DNA of 40,963 nucleotides from Candidatus Limnocylindrales bacterium (lineage in GTDB: Bacteria; Chloroflexota; Limnocylindria; Limnocylindrales; CSP1-4): positions 1 to 40,963 of the forward strand of contig DASSZA010000247.1 in assembly GCA_035703005.1 (NCBI GenBank), in the 5' to 3' direction. Positions 32,527-40,963 of this stretch are shown in pieces. How positions within the stretch are numbered: position 1 is the stretch's first letter; each line of letters starts with the position of its first letter. The notes beneath the pieces are model-generated. The model ran no database searches. It was not told where the DNA came from and saw nothing but the letters and a program-made list of their open reading frames with translations. A program made the translations under genes and the position numbers.

Positions 32527-33273
32527 ATGACCGACCAGCTCACGCTGCCGCTCGACGCCACAGCCGATCGACTGCCCGACCTGCCCGAGCTCCGGCCGAT
32601 GCTCGCACGGCCGCTTCCCGAGGCGTTCGATTCGGAGCAGCACCTGTTCGAGCCGTGGTGGGGCGGGACGCGGGCATTGCTTTCGATCGGGCCGTCCGAG
32701 CGACCGGGCGATGGCGATGTGCGCGTGATCGACGCCGACGATGTCGATCGGACCGCGATGCTCCCCGAGCTCGCCGGGACGGGCGTCCGTGTCGCAGCCC
32801 GCTCGGCGATCCTCGATGGCGAGCTCGTCGTGGTCGACGCGGACGGGCGCGCGGATCAGGCGGCCCTCGAGCGACGACTCGACGGGAAAGGCGGCAGGCC
32901 GGTGGCGTTCCTGGCCTTCGATCTGCTGCATCTCGACGGCAAGTCGCTCATCAATCAACCGCTCGTCAAGCGGCGCGCGACGTTGCGACGCGTCCTCCGC
33001 CCTGGTGATGAGGTCGTCGCGGTCCCGGCGATCGCGACCGAGGGACGCGCGTTGTTCGATGCGATCGTCGAGCAGGGGCTCGCCGGGATGATGGCGCGTC
33101 AGCGGCTCGCGCCGTATCTGCCGGGGGTCCGCAGCCGGCTGTGGCGGTTCATCCCGGCCGTCGAGGGAAGCGTCCCTGCCTCCGAGCTCGCCGACGCCCC
33201 GGAGGAGCCGACCTCGGCGACCGCGCCCGTCCTCGCGATGCTCAGCCGGTTGCCGTTGGAGGACCAGGCCTAG
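32527..33273 (+). CDS. ATP-dependent-DNA-ligase-like adenylation-domain protein with degenerate catalytic motifs
   Basis: Collinear with LigD/LigC ligase-domain motifs: PMLARPL, FEPWWGGTR (motif I ExKxDGxR with K->W and D->G), ILDGELVV (III), FLAFDLLHLDG (IIIa), GLAGMMAR (IV, EGxxxK with E->A and K->R), RSRLWRFIP (V, WxKxK lysines lost). No OB-fold domain follows. Confidence 0.7.
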   Translation: MTDQLTLPLDATADRLPDLPELRPMLARPLPEAFDSEQHLFEPWWGGTRALLSIGPSERPGDGDVRVIDADDVDRTAMLPELAGTGVRVAARSAILDGELVVVDADGRADQAALERRLDGKGGRPVAFLAFDLLHLDGKSLINQPLVKRRATLRRVLRPGDEVVAVPAIATEGRALFDAIVEQGLAGMMARQRLAPYLPGVRSRLWRFIPAVEGSVPASELADAPEEPTSATAPVLAMLSRLPLEDQA

Positions 33274-33276
33274 GCG

Positions 33277-34599
33277 TCAGCTGGTACGACGCGCCGCCGC
33301 GATGAACTGGCGCAGCCCGGGTCGTTGGCCGTACAACAGGACACCCGTCGCGTAGACCCGTACGGTGACGACGGCGACCCCCGCGATGGTCACGAGCAGG
33401 ATCACGACAGACAGGACCACCTCGAGCGGATGCACGTCGCTGACCATGAGCCGCGCGAGCATCGCGAACGGGCTGAACGGCGGCACGAGCGAGGCGATAC
33501 GTGCGAGCGTGCCCGTCCCACCGCCGAGCAGCACGAGCAGCGCTGACAGGTAGCCGCCCATCGCGACGAGGCTCAGCGGTAGTGACAAGGTCTGGAGGTC
33601 GTCCGGTCGGCTCACGAACGACCCGACGGCCGCGTAGATGAGCGCGAACAGCGCGAAGCCGAGCAGGAAGAACAGGCCGTAAGCGGCGATCAGTCCGATC
33701 GTCAGGCCCCCGGTCGGCAGACCGGCCTGGCCGGAGCCGAGGATCGCACCCGCGATCTGCTCCTGGAACGCGAGGACGAGCATGACCGGGACCGCGATCG
33801 CGATGTACTGGGTCAGTCCCGCGCCACCGATCCCGACCACCTTGCCGACCAGCAGCTGCCGCGGTGAGGCCGCGCTGATCATCAGCTCCATGACCCGGCT
33901 GCTCTTCTCGGTCGCCACGCCGGTCGCGACCCACATCCCGTAGATCAGGATCGTGATGAACATCAGGATGATGAACACGGTGCCGAGGAAGCCGCGACTC
34001 GCGACCACGACCGCGTCGACCTGACGACCGCCTTCCGTCGGCGCGACCAGTGACTCGGTCGTGAACGTCGGCGTTCGGAACGCGCCCAGCTCCGAGCCCT
34101 TCGGCAGCGACGCCGTCCAGTCGAGGATGCCGAGCGACAACGCCGCGAACCCGGCGAGCTGGCTGCGGACCCCGTCCGCGGGCCCGAGGGTCCGGTACGT
34201 CACGGCGAGCTGCCGATCCGGCTGGCGGACGACCTCGATGATCGCGTCGATCCGGCCGTCGGCGAGCGCCTGGAGCGCGACATTCCGGTCCAGCTCCCGG
34301 GCGATCTGGTACGGCGCCTTCCAGCGCCTGCGGTCGACGCCGGGCGGCGGCAGATTCATGACGCCTTCGGCCGTCGCCATGATGCCCTGCGCGAGGCGAT
34401 CCTCCTCCGCGACGACACGGATCTGGCGGACGCTCGCCTGGTCGAAGTAGCGCAGGACGATCGGCGTCATCGCGACGCCCACGGCGAGCGCCATCAGGAC
34501 GATCGTCGAGATGCGGTAGAGCTTGCTTCGGACGCGCTCGCTGTACTCGCGACGCGCGACGGTTCCGGCATTCGGGAACAGCGGGTCGTGGCGCGCCAT
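33277..34599 (-). CDS. ABC-2 type transporter permease (NatB-like)
   Basis: N-terminal TM segment, a large extracytoplasmic loop, then 5 C-terminal TM segments. 1-nt overlap with the upstream ATPase. Confidence 0.8.
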   Translation of the reverse strand: MARHDPLFPNAGTVARREYSERVRSKLYRISTIVLMALAVGVAMTPIVLRYFDQASVRQIRVVAEEDRLAQGIMATAEGVMNLPPPGVDRRRWKAPYQIARELDRNVALQALADGRIDAIIEVVRQPDRQLAVTYRTLGPADGVRSQLAGFAALSLGILDWTASLPKGSELGAFRTPTFTTESLVAPTEGGRQVDAVVVASRGFLGTVFIILMFITILIYGMWVATGVATEKSSRVMELMISAASPRQLLVGKVVGIGGAGLTQYIAIAVPVMLVLAFQEQIAGAILGSGQAGLPTGGLTIGLIAAYGLFFLLGFALFALIYAAVGSFVSRPDDLQTLSLPLSLVAMGGYLSALLVLLGGGTGTLARIASLVPPFSPFAMLARLMVSDVHPLEVVLSVVILLVTIAGVAVVTVRVYATGVLLYGQRPGLRQFIAAARRTS

Positions 34600-35543
34600 C
34601 AGGCCGCGTCCTCCTGGTCGACCGGTTCCTCGATCACGTCGGACGGCCGCCCGACGAGCTCGACGAAGATCGCCTCGAGCGACGGTTCCGCCACCTCGAA
34701 TCGACTGACGAGTGCGCCACGCTCGAGGGTGGCAGCGAGGATGTCACGCGGCTCGACGCCGGCCATCAGCTCGATCTCGGCGAACCCAGCACCGGGCCGA
34801 ACGGCGGCCACGCCGTCGATCGACGCGAGCCACGTCGGTGCGATCTCGCCTTCGATGCCGAGTCGCACGGTCCGCGCGCGCGACGATCGCTTCAGTTCAG
34901 GGACCGTACCGGCGGCGACGAGCCGGCCATGATCGACGATCACGAGTGACTCGCAGAGGGCCTCGGCGACCTCCATCTGGTGGGTGGAGAAGACGATCGT
35001 CCGCCCCGCGTCGCGCAGCTCGATGAAGGCATCGCGAAGCAAGGCAAGGTTCACTGGATCAAGCCCGGTGAACGGCTCGTCCATGAGCAGGACATCCGGG
35101 GCGTGGAGGATCGCCGCGATGAACTGGACCTTCTGCTGATTGCCCTTGCTGAGCTCCTCGGCCCGGCGTTCCGCGAGGTCCGGGATGCGGAAGCGGTCCA
35201 GCCAACCGAGCGCGTTCGCGCGCGCGTCCGCCGGCCGCTCTCCATACAGGGAAGCGAAGTAGACCAGCTGGTCGATGACGGTGAGTCGGGGATAGAGGCC
35301 GCGCTCTTCCGGGAGATAGCCGAACGTGCGCCGCGGCAGATCGGTCGAGGGGACGCCGCCCCAGCGGACTTCACCCTCGTCGGCGCGCAGGATCCCGAGA
35401 CAGATCCGCATCGTCGTCGTCTTTCCGGCGCCGTTCGCGCCCAGGAAGCCGAAGATCCTGCCGTCGGGCACGCTGAACGCAAGCTGATCGAGCGCCACGG
35501 TCCGCCCGAACCGCTTCGTGACGCGGTCGATCTCGAGGGTCAT
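34599..35543 (-). CDS. ABC transporter ATP-binding protein (NatA-like)
   Basis: MTLEIDRVTKRFG; Walker A GANGAGKTTT; signature SKGNQQKV; Walker B LLMDEPF. Start is Met134 of the track ORF. Confidence 0.9.
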   Translation of the reverse strand: MTLEIDRVTKRFGRTVALDQLAFSVPDGRIFGFLGANGAGKTTTMRICLGILRADEGEVRWGGVPSTDLPRRTFGYLPEERGLYPRLTVIDQLVYFASLYGERPADARANALGWLDRFRIPDLAERRAEELSKGNQQKVQFIAAILHAPDVLLMDEPFTGLDPVNLALLRDAFIELRDAGRTIVFSTHQMEVAEALCESLVIVDHGRLVAAGTVPELKRSSRARTVRLGIEGEIAPTWLASIDGVAAVRPGAGFAEIELMAGVEPRDILAATLERGALVSRFEVAEPSLEAIFVELVGRPSDVIEEPVDQEDAA

Positions 35544-35551
35544 CGCGCCCG

Positions 35552-35557
35552 AGGATA
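35552..35557 (-). promoter_or_regulatory. Candidate -10 box TATCCT, 8 nt before ATG 35543, flanked by the CCGAGG/CCTCGG inverted repeat (35549-35565)
   Basis: Minus strand reads GGTCTATCCTCGGGCGCG-ATG. Confidence 0.4.
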
Positions 35558-35588
35558 GACCTCGGCCCTCGGTGCCGCCGCTGGGTCG

Positions 35589-36077
35589 ATGGTCATGGTG
35601 CGGTCCGGTGCGGTCCAGGCGCCAGACTGGCGCACGCCGCGCAAGTGCGACAATCGAGATGTGACGACCGATACGACCGGAGGCGCAGCAACGACTACGC
35701 CGACCCGGATCCACGCTGACCGGGGAGCCGGCACCCTCGAGATCGACTGGGCCGATGGGCACAACACGGTCTATGGATTCGAGGCCCTGCGCTGGCTGTG
35801 CCCGTGCGCGTATTGCCGAGGCGAGGCCGGGATGCCGGGCTGGCTCGACAGCGCACCGACACTCAGCCCGCAGCAGATCCAACTGACCGACCTGCACCTG
35901 GTCGGCAATTACGCGGTCTCGCCGCATTGGGCGGACGGCCACAAGACGGGCTACTACCCGTTCCGACTCCTGCGCGACCGGTGCCCGTGCCCAGAATGCA
36001 CCGCGCGACGCGCGCGAGAGAGCGGCGACACGATCGGCCGTCCGTCACCGGCCGGGACGCACGAGGAGCATCGATGA
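35589..36077 (+). CDS. DUF971-family protein (gamma-butyrobetaine-hydroxylase N-terminal-like)
   Basis: Two half-repeats: LEIDWADGHNTVYGFEALRWLCPCAYC and YAVSPHWADGHKTGYYPFRLLRDRCPCPEC. Alternative start GTG 35661, preceded by GACAAT plus 6 nt. Confidence 0.7.
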   Translation: MVMVRSGAVQAPDWRTPRKCDNRDVTTDTTGGAATTTPTRIHADRGAGTLEIDWADGHNTVYGFEALRWLCPCAYCRGEAGMPGWLDSAPTLSPQQIQLTDLHLVGNYAVSPHWADGHKTGYYPFRLLRDRCPCPECTARRARESGDTIGRPSPAGTHEEHR

Positions 36078-36427
36078 TCATCGTCACGACGCCGTATCTC
36101 AGCGGTCATCGCATCATCGAAAGCAAGGGGATGGTGTTCGGACTCGTCGTTCGCAGCCGCGGTCTCGGCGGCAACATCATGGCGGGCCTCCGCTCACTGG
36201 GCGGCGGCGAGATCCACGAGTACACGAGCCTCCTCGAGGACACGCGCCGGCAGGCGCTCGATCGCCTCGTCCGCAACGCAACCGTGCTGGGCGCGAACGC
36301 GATCCTCTCGATGCGCTTCGACTCGTCCGAGCTGTCGGGGACGATGTCCGAGATCGTCGCCTATGGGACGGCGGTCATCGCAGAGCCGGATCCGACCGCC
36401 ACGACGCCGACGACCCCCGTCGAGTAA
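36074..36427 (+). CDS. YbjQ/UPF0145-family protein
   Basis: MIIVTTPYLSGHRIIESKGMVFG...GGEIHEYTSLLEDTRRQALDRL...GANAILSMRFD. ATGA overlap with the DUF971 stop. Confidence 0.85.
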   Translation: MIIVTTPYLSGHRIIESKGMVFGLVVRSRGLGGNIMAGLRSLGGGEIHEYTSLLEDTRRQALDRLVRNATVLGANAILSMRFDSSELSGTMSEIVAYGTAVIAEPDPTATTPTTPVE

Positions 36428-36429
36428 CG

Positions 36430-36774
36430 ATGGGCGTCGACGTGACCCGCCTCCTGGTCTTCGGGTTCGGGATCGTCATGACGCTGGCCGGCGTGTCGCT
36501 GCTGGCGGCACAACAGCCGGCCGGCCTGTGGCTGTTGATCACTGGCCTCATCTTCATCGTCGCCGCGATCCTCGAACGCGTCCGATATCGCTCGAACGAG
36601 GCCGAGGCGACCGCCGAGCGGCCCGGGCCGGGTGGCGGTGAACCGGCAGGCACCACGCTCGACTCCCGCTTCCGCCCGACAGAGGAGCGGTTCGAGGACC
36701 CGACGACCGGCGTCCGGATGCGCGTCTGGGTCGATCCCGTGGCCGGCGAACGGCGGTACGTACCAGAAGACTGA
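36430..36774 (+). CDS. Hypothetical two-TM membrane protein
   Basis: LLVFGFGIVMTLAGVSLLA and LWLLITGLIFIVAAIL. Starts 2 nt after the ybjQ-like stop. Confidence 0.55.
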   Translation: MGVDVTRLLVFGFGIVMTLAGVSLLAAQQPAGLWLLITGLIFIVAAILERVRYRSNEAEATAERPGPGGGEPAGTTLDSRFRPTEERFEDPTTGVRMRVWVDPVAGERRYVPED

Positions 36775-36842
36775 CCCGTCCGCCCCATCGGGTATCCCAC
36801 GTGACCCGTGCTATCCTCGCCGGCCAGCCGTACGCGACCCGT
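36773..36842 (+). promoter_or_regulatory. Three copies of the heptamer GACCCGT upstream of ppk1
   Basis: Copies at 36773-36779, 36803-36809 and 36836-36842 (spacing 30 and 33 nt). Also a CCGTACGC x2 direct repeat with 11-nt period at about 36828-36849. Confidence 0.45.
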
Positions 36843-36879
36843 ACGCCCGTCAGCACCGTAGGAGCCGCCGGCTTTCGAG

Positions 36880-39060
36880 ATGGCCGCCGTCGAACCAGGA
36901 GCACCTGCCCGGACCGCGGTCACGCCACGCCCCCGTCGCGTCACGAAGCGTGAGCCATCGCCCCTGCCCTATCTGAACCGCGAGCTGTCCTGGCTCGAGT
37001 TCAACGCACGCGTCCTCTACGAGGCGCGCGATGCCAGGAACCCGCTCCTCGAGCGGGCGAAGTTCGCGGCGATCTTCGCCGGCAACCTCGACGAGTTCTT
37101 CCAGGTCCGCATCGCCGGGCTGCGTCAGCAGGTGGAGTCGGGCACCGTCACGCGTGCGCCCGATGGCCGGACACCGCCGGAGCAGCTCGCGGCAGCGCGA
37201 GAGCGCGTGCTGGGGCTCGTCGCCGAGCTCTCCGACATCTTCACTGAACTGCGCCGCGCGCTCGCGCTCGAGGGCGTCCACATCGTCGACTACGCGGAGG
37301 TGCCCGAACATCACGAGGCGCTCCGCCAGCGCTTCCTCGACGAGATCTTCCCGGTCCTCACCCCGCTCGCGGTGGACCCGGGCCACCCGTTCCCGTACAT
37401 CTCCAGCCTGAGCATGTCGATCGCGGTCGGCCTGCGCGATCCGGAGACGAACGAGCGCGTGTTCGCTCGTGTAAAGGTGCCGCAGATCCTGCCGCGGCTG
37501 CTCGAGGTCGAGACGCACAAGTTCGTCCTCATCGAGCAGGTCATCGAGGCGAACCTGCAATACCTGTTCACGGGCATGGAGGTCGTCGACTCGCACCTGT
37601 TCCGGGTCACCCGAAACGCCGACTTCACGGTCGAGGAGGACGAGGCCGACGACCTGCTGATGGCGATCGAGGAGGAGCTGCGGCGCCGGCGGTTCGGTGA
37701 AGCGGTCCGCCTCGAGGTCGAGCGGACGATGCCGGCGGCGACGCGCAACCTCCTCCTGCGTGGGCTGGGCCTCGAGCCTGAGGACAGCTACGAGATCGCC
37801 GGGATGCTCGATCTCACTGCGCTGTACCGCATCGCCGACCTCGACATCCCGGAGCTTCGGACGCCGCCGTGGACACCCGTCACGCCGCCCCGGCTCGTGC
37901 CACCCGATGAGGACGAGCCGGCCGATGTCTTCGCGGCGATCCGCGCCGGTGACATCCTCGTCCACCACCCCTACGAGTCGTTCGCCGCATCCGTGGAGCG
38001 GTTCATCGCGCAGGCCGCCGATGACCCCGACGTCCTGACCATCAAGATGACCCTGTACCGCACGTCGGGTGACTCACCGATCGTGCAGTCGCTGATCCGT
38101 GCCGCAGAACGCGGCAAGCAGGTGGTCGTCCTCGTCGAGATCAAGGCGCGCTTCGACGAGGAGGCGAACATCATCTGGGCCCGCAAGCTGGAGCGCGCCG
38201 GCGCCCATGTCGTCTATGGGCTGGTCGGGCTGAAGACGCACTCGAAGACGGCGCTCGTGGTACGCCGCGAGGGCTCAGGGCTGCGCCGGTACGTCCACAT
38301 CGGGACGGGCAACTACAACCCGAAGACGGCGCGCCTGTACGTGGACCTCGGTCTGCTGACGGCACGCCCGGAGATCGGTGCCGACGTGACCGACCTGTTC
38401 AACGTCCTCACGGGGCTGTCGCGACAGCGCACGTTCCGCAGGTTGCTCGTCGCCCCGCACAGTCTCCGCCAGGGGTTCATCGACCTCGTCGAGCGCGAGA
38501 TCGCGCACGCGACTGCCGGCCGGCCGGCGCACATCGTGCTCAAGCTCAATGCCATCGTCGACGTGCCCGTGATCGAGGCCCTCTACCGGGCGGCCAGCGC
38601 CGGCGTCGACATCGACCTGATCGTTCGAGGCGCCAGCTCGATCCAGCCCGGTCTGCCCGGCATCTCGGAGCGGATCCACGTGCGATCGATCATCGGTGAG
38701 TTCCTGGAGCACTCCCGGATCTGGGGGTTCGAGAACGGCGGCGACCGGGAGTGGTACATCGGCTCGGCCGACTTGATGGATCGCAACCTGGACCGGCGGG
38801 TCGAGGCGGTCGTCCCGGTGGAGGACTCCGAAGCCCGTACACGGATCAGCGAGATCATCGAGCTCATGCTCGCCGACGATCGCCGATCGTGGCAGCTCCA
38901 GCCGGACGCGCGCTGGGTGCGCACCGAGGTCCTGGAGGGGCAGCCCGGCACGATCGACACGTTCGAGACGCTGAAGGAACGCGCGCTCGAGTCAGGCGCG
39001 GTCGCGTCCGTCCCACGACGGCCGGGTGCCGGAGCCGGCTCGCTGGACCCGCGGGCGTGA
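36880..39060 (+). CDS. ppk1: Polyphosphate kinase 1
   Basis: YLNRELSWLEFNARVL, FFQVRIAGL, LKTHSKTALVVR (phospho-His context), and two PLD-like C-terminal domains. Confidence 0.95.
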   Translation: MAAVEPGAPARTAVTPRPRRVTKREPSPLPYLNRELSWLEFNARVLYEARDARNPLLERAKFAAIFAGNLDEFFQVRIAGLRQQVESGTVTRAPDGRTPPEQLAAARERVLGLVAELSDIFTELRRALALEGVHIVDYAEVPEHHEALRQRFLDEIFPVLTPLAVDPGHPFPYISSLSMSIAVGLRDPETNERVFARVKVPQILPRLLEVETHKFVLIEQVIEANLQYLFTGMEVVDSHLFRVTRNADFTVEEDEADDLLMAIEEELRRRRFGEAVRLEVERTMPAATRNLLLRGLGLEPEDSYEIAGMLDLTALYRIADLDIPELRTPPWTPVTPPRLVPPDEDEPADVFAAIRAGDILVHHPYESFAASVERFIAQAADDPDVLTIKMTLYRTSGDSPIVQSLIRAAERGKQVVVLVEIKARFDEEANIIWARKLERAGAHVVYGLVGLKTHSKTALVVRREGSGLRRYVHIGTGNYNPKTARLYVDLGLLTARPEIGADVTDLFNVLTGLSRQRTFRRLLVAPHSLRQGFIDLVEREIAHATAGRPAHIVLKLNAIVDVPVIEALYRAASAGVDIDLIVRGASSIQPGLPGISERIHVRSIIGEFLEHSRIWGFENGGDREWYIGSADLMDRNLDRRVEAVVPVEDSEARTRISEIIELMLADDRRSWQLQPDARWVRTEVLEGQPGTIDTFETLKERALESGAVASVPRRPGAGAGSLDPRA

Positions 39061-40742
39061 CCGAGGAGGTCGAGCTCAAGTACCGCGTGGGAGACCTGGC
39101 CGCCGCTGAACGCGTCCTCGCGGCGGAACGGCTCGGACCATTCACCGGCGGCGCCACTGGCGCCAGGGCGACCCAGCTCGAGGACCGCTACGTCGACACC
39201 GCCGACGGCGCCCTTGCCCATGCCGGGTTCGCCGTCCGGCTCCGCCAGAAGGGCGGCGAGACGATCGTGTCCGTGAAGTCGCTCGCCCACTCGGAAGGAC
39301 CGGGCGGCAGCTTTGCTCGCGAGGAGCTCGAGGGGCCGGCCGACCGCGTGGCGCCACCGAGCGACTGGCCCGCCTCCGACGCGAGGGCGCTCGTCCTCGA
39401 ACACGCCGGCGATGCGCCGCTCGTCGAGCGCGTGACGATCCGGCAGCTCCGTCGCGTCCGCCAGCTTCGCGCCGCATCGACCCGCGTCGAGCTCAGCCTC
39501 GACGAGGTGGACGTGGTGGCCCGAGGTCGCGTCGTCGAACGCTTCATCGAGCTCGAGGCCGAGCTCATGAAGGGCGATCGGGCGGATCTCGCCGCACTGA
39601 GTGAGGCGATCGAGACCGAGACCGGCCTGGAGCGGGCTGCGACGAGCAAGCTCGAGGTGGCCCTCGCGGCACTCAACGGGTCCGGGAACGGGCAGGCGCC
39701 CGAACCCGAGGCGAAGCCCGCCGTTCGGTCACGCAAGCGCGCGGAGCCGGCTGGCGAGCCGGACTCCGAAGCGGAGGACAACGAGGAGAAGGCCGAGCCG
39801 CGCCTGGTCACAGGCAAGACACCGGGCGTCCTCGCCGAGGACACGGTCGCGGAGGCGGGGCGCAAGGTGATGCGCTTCCACCTCGCGCGGATGATCGACC
39901 GTGAGCCTGGCGTCCGCGAAGGCAAGGACATCGAGGACATCCACAAGATGCGTGTCGCGACCCGCCGCCAACGCGCCGCGTGGCGGGTCTTCGGCGAGGC
40001 GTTCCGGAAGCGGCGTACGCGGACCTACCGGGACGGTCTCCGCGACGTCGCGCGACGGCTCGGGGCGGTGCGCGACCTCGACGTCCAGCTCGAGGGGATC
40101 GACAACTACCGTGCGGACCAGCCGGTCACCGATCAGCGCGCGCTCGAACCACTGATCGGGTCGCTGCGGCAGCATCGCGACGACGCCCGCGTGCTCCTCA
40201 TCCGCGAGCTCGACTCCGGCGCGTACGCCCGCTTCGTCGACGACTACATGGACTTCGTGCGGACCGAAGGCGCCGCCGCGCGTCCGGTGAACGCCTCCGC
40301 TCCGCACCGCGTGCGCGAGACCGCGCCGTCACGCATCTGGGCCGCCTATGAGCAGGTGCGCAGCTATGAAGCGATCCTGCGCTGGGCCGACGTCGCGACC
40401 CTCCACGAGCTGCGCATCGCCGGGAAATGGCTCCGCTACTCGCTGGAGTTCGTCCAGGAACCGCTCGGGGACGACGCGCTGCCGCTCATCGCCAAGGTGA
40501 CCGCGCTCCAGGACCACCTCGGACTGATGAACGACGCGAGCGTCGCGGCCTCGATGACGCGCACGTTCCTGGTGGAACGGGCCGGCGAGCTGAGCTCTGC
40601 GGAGACGGCCGGGATCGGCCGGTACTTGGTCGACCGCGAGCGGGAGGTCGGGCGTCTTCGACGGACGATCGGGCCGACGTGGCGACGCGTGGCCGGCCTC
40701 AGCTACAGGCGCGCACTCGGCCGGGTGGTCGCCGACCTCTAA
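39057..40742 (+). CDS. CYTH-CHAD two-domain protein
   Basis: GTG start within a GTGA overlap with the ppk1 stop. CYTH N-terminus EVELKYRV...ELEAEL; acidic/lysine linker; CHAD motif IHKMRVATRRQRAAWRVF with repeated helical RxxxR patterns. Confidence 0.85.
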   Translation: MTEEVELKYRVGDLAAAERVLAAERLGPFTGGATGARATQLEDRYVDTADGALAHAGFAVRLRQKGGETIVSVKSLAHSEGPGGSFAREELEGPADRVAPPSDWPASDARALVLEHAGDAPLVERVTIRQLRRVRQLRAASTRVELSLDEVDVVARGRVVERFIELEAELMKGDRADLAALSEAIETETGLERAATSKLEVALAALNGSGNGQAPEPEAKPAVRSRKRAEPAGEPDSEAEDNEEKAEPRLVTGKTPGVLAEDTVAEAGRKVMRFHLARMIDREPGVREGKDIEDIHKMRVATRRQRAAWRVFGEAFRKRRTRTYRDGLRDVARRLGAVRDLDVQLEGIDNYRADQPVTDQRALEPLIGSLRQHRDDARVLLIRELDSGAYARFVDDYMDFVRTEGAAARPVNASAPHRVRETAPSRIWAAYEQVRSYEAILRWADVATLHELRIAGKWLRYSLEFVQEPLGDDALPLIAKVTALQDHLGLMNDASVAASMTRTFLVERAGELSSAETAGIGRYLVDREREVGRLRRTIGPTWRRVAGLSYRRALGRVVADL

Positions 40743-40776
40743 CTCTGCCTAGTCCCGGCCGGCAGACGCTCGGATA

Positions 40777-40962
40777 TCACTGACGCCAGCCCGCGGCCAG
40801 CCTCGGCAATCGGTCGCGCCAGGCGCGGCCAGCGTGGTCCGCGACCAGGATCGCTCCTTCGCGGATGCCCGCCTCCGACACGCGCACGGCGTCCACGTCG
40901 TACCGCCGCATCAGCGCGTCGACGATCACGGCGCCCGCGAGCAGCAACGGGCCGCGCTTCGG
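40777..40962 (-). CDS. C-terminal fragment of a Ppx/GppA-family phosphatase (5' part outside the window)
   Basis: Not in the ORF track because no start lies in the window. My minus-strand translation from the window edge gives PKRGPLLLAGAVIVDALMRRYDVDAVRVSEAGIREGAILV...WRQ*, matching the Ppx/GppA C-terminal pattern. Confidence 0.6.
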   Translation of the reverse strand, partial: PKRGPLLLAGAVIVDALMRRYDVDAVRVSEAGIREGAILVADHAGRAWRDRLPRLAAGWRQ

Positions 40963-40963
40963 G

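Overview
High-GC (about 70% by eye) Actinomycetota-like chromosomal segment with about 40 protein-coding genes. I recognised no rRNA, tRNA, CRISPR array, integrase or transposase. Coordinates come from the ORF track; starts were re-derived by counting residues to the first plausible start, because many track ORFs carry spurious 5' extensions and long Arg/Pro-rich antisense ORFs typical of high-GC DNA.

Gene content:
- Housekeeping: add, argH, a GH13 alpha-glucosidase, deoC, two aldehyde dehydrogenase genes, an S9 peptidase.
- Transport: three ABC-2 exporter pairs, two EamA/DMT transporters, two MFS transporters, with GbsR-type and MerR-type regulators.
- A polyphosphate island: DUF971, YbjQ, membrane protein, ppk1, CYTH-CHAD, and a convergent Ppx/GppA fragment.

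Observations most worth follow-up:
1. An orphan seven-gene locus at 20132-26836. It reads SAM-methyltransferase, GGR-like flavoprotein, NUDIX, ATP-grasp, then a convergent second ATP-grasp, then SRPBCC and a FabF-type ketosynthase. Most junctions are start/stop overlaps. There is no ACP, chain-length-factor partner, thioesterase or type III PKS in the window.
2. A DNA-ligase-like protein (32527-33273) with every nucleotidyl-transfer lysine replaced.
3. A half aldehyde dehydrogenase (16575-17498) that lacks the catalytic domain and is translationally coupled to a full ALDH.
4. Two unusually long non-coding regions, 15551-16053 and 28644-29279. The first carries repeated palindromes; the second carries a nested stem-loop architecture.
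5. Several repeat or hairpin elements: an 18-bp x4 tandem repeat, 20-bp direct repeats, a 14-bp perfect inverted repeat over a start codon, and a GACCCGT heptamer three times upstream of ppk1.
6. A pervasive leaderless-promoter architecture: TAnnnT placed 6-10 nt before the start codon at 11 genes.

All functional calls rest on motifs read by eye. No database search was run.
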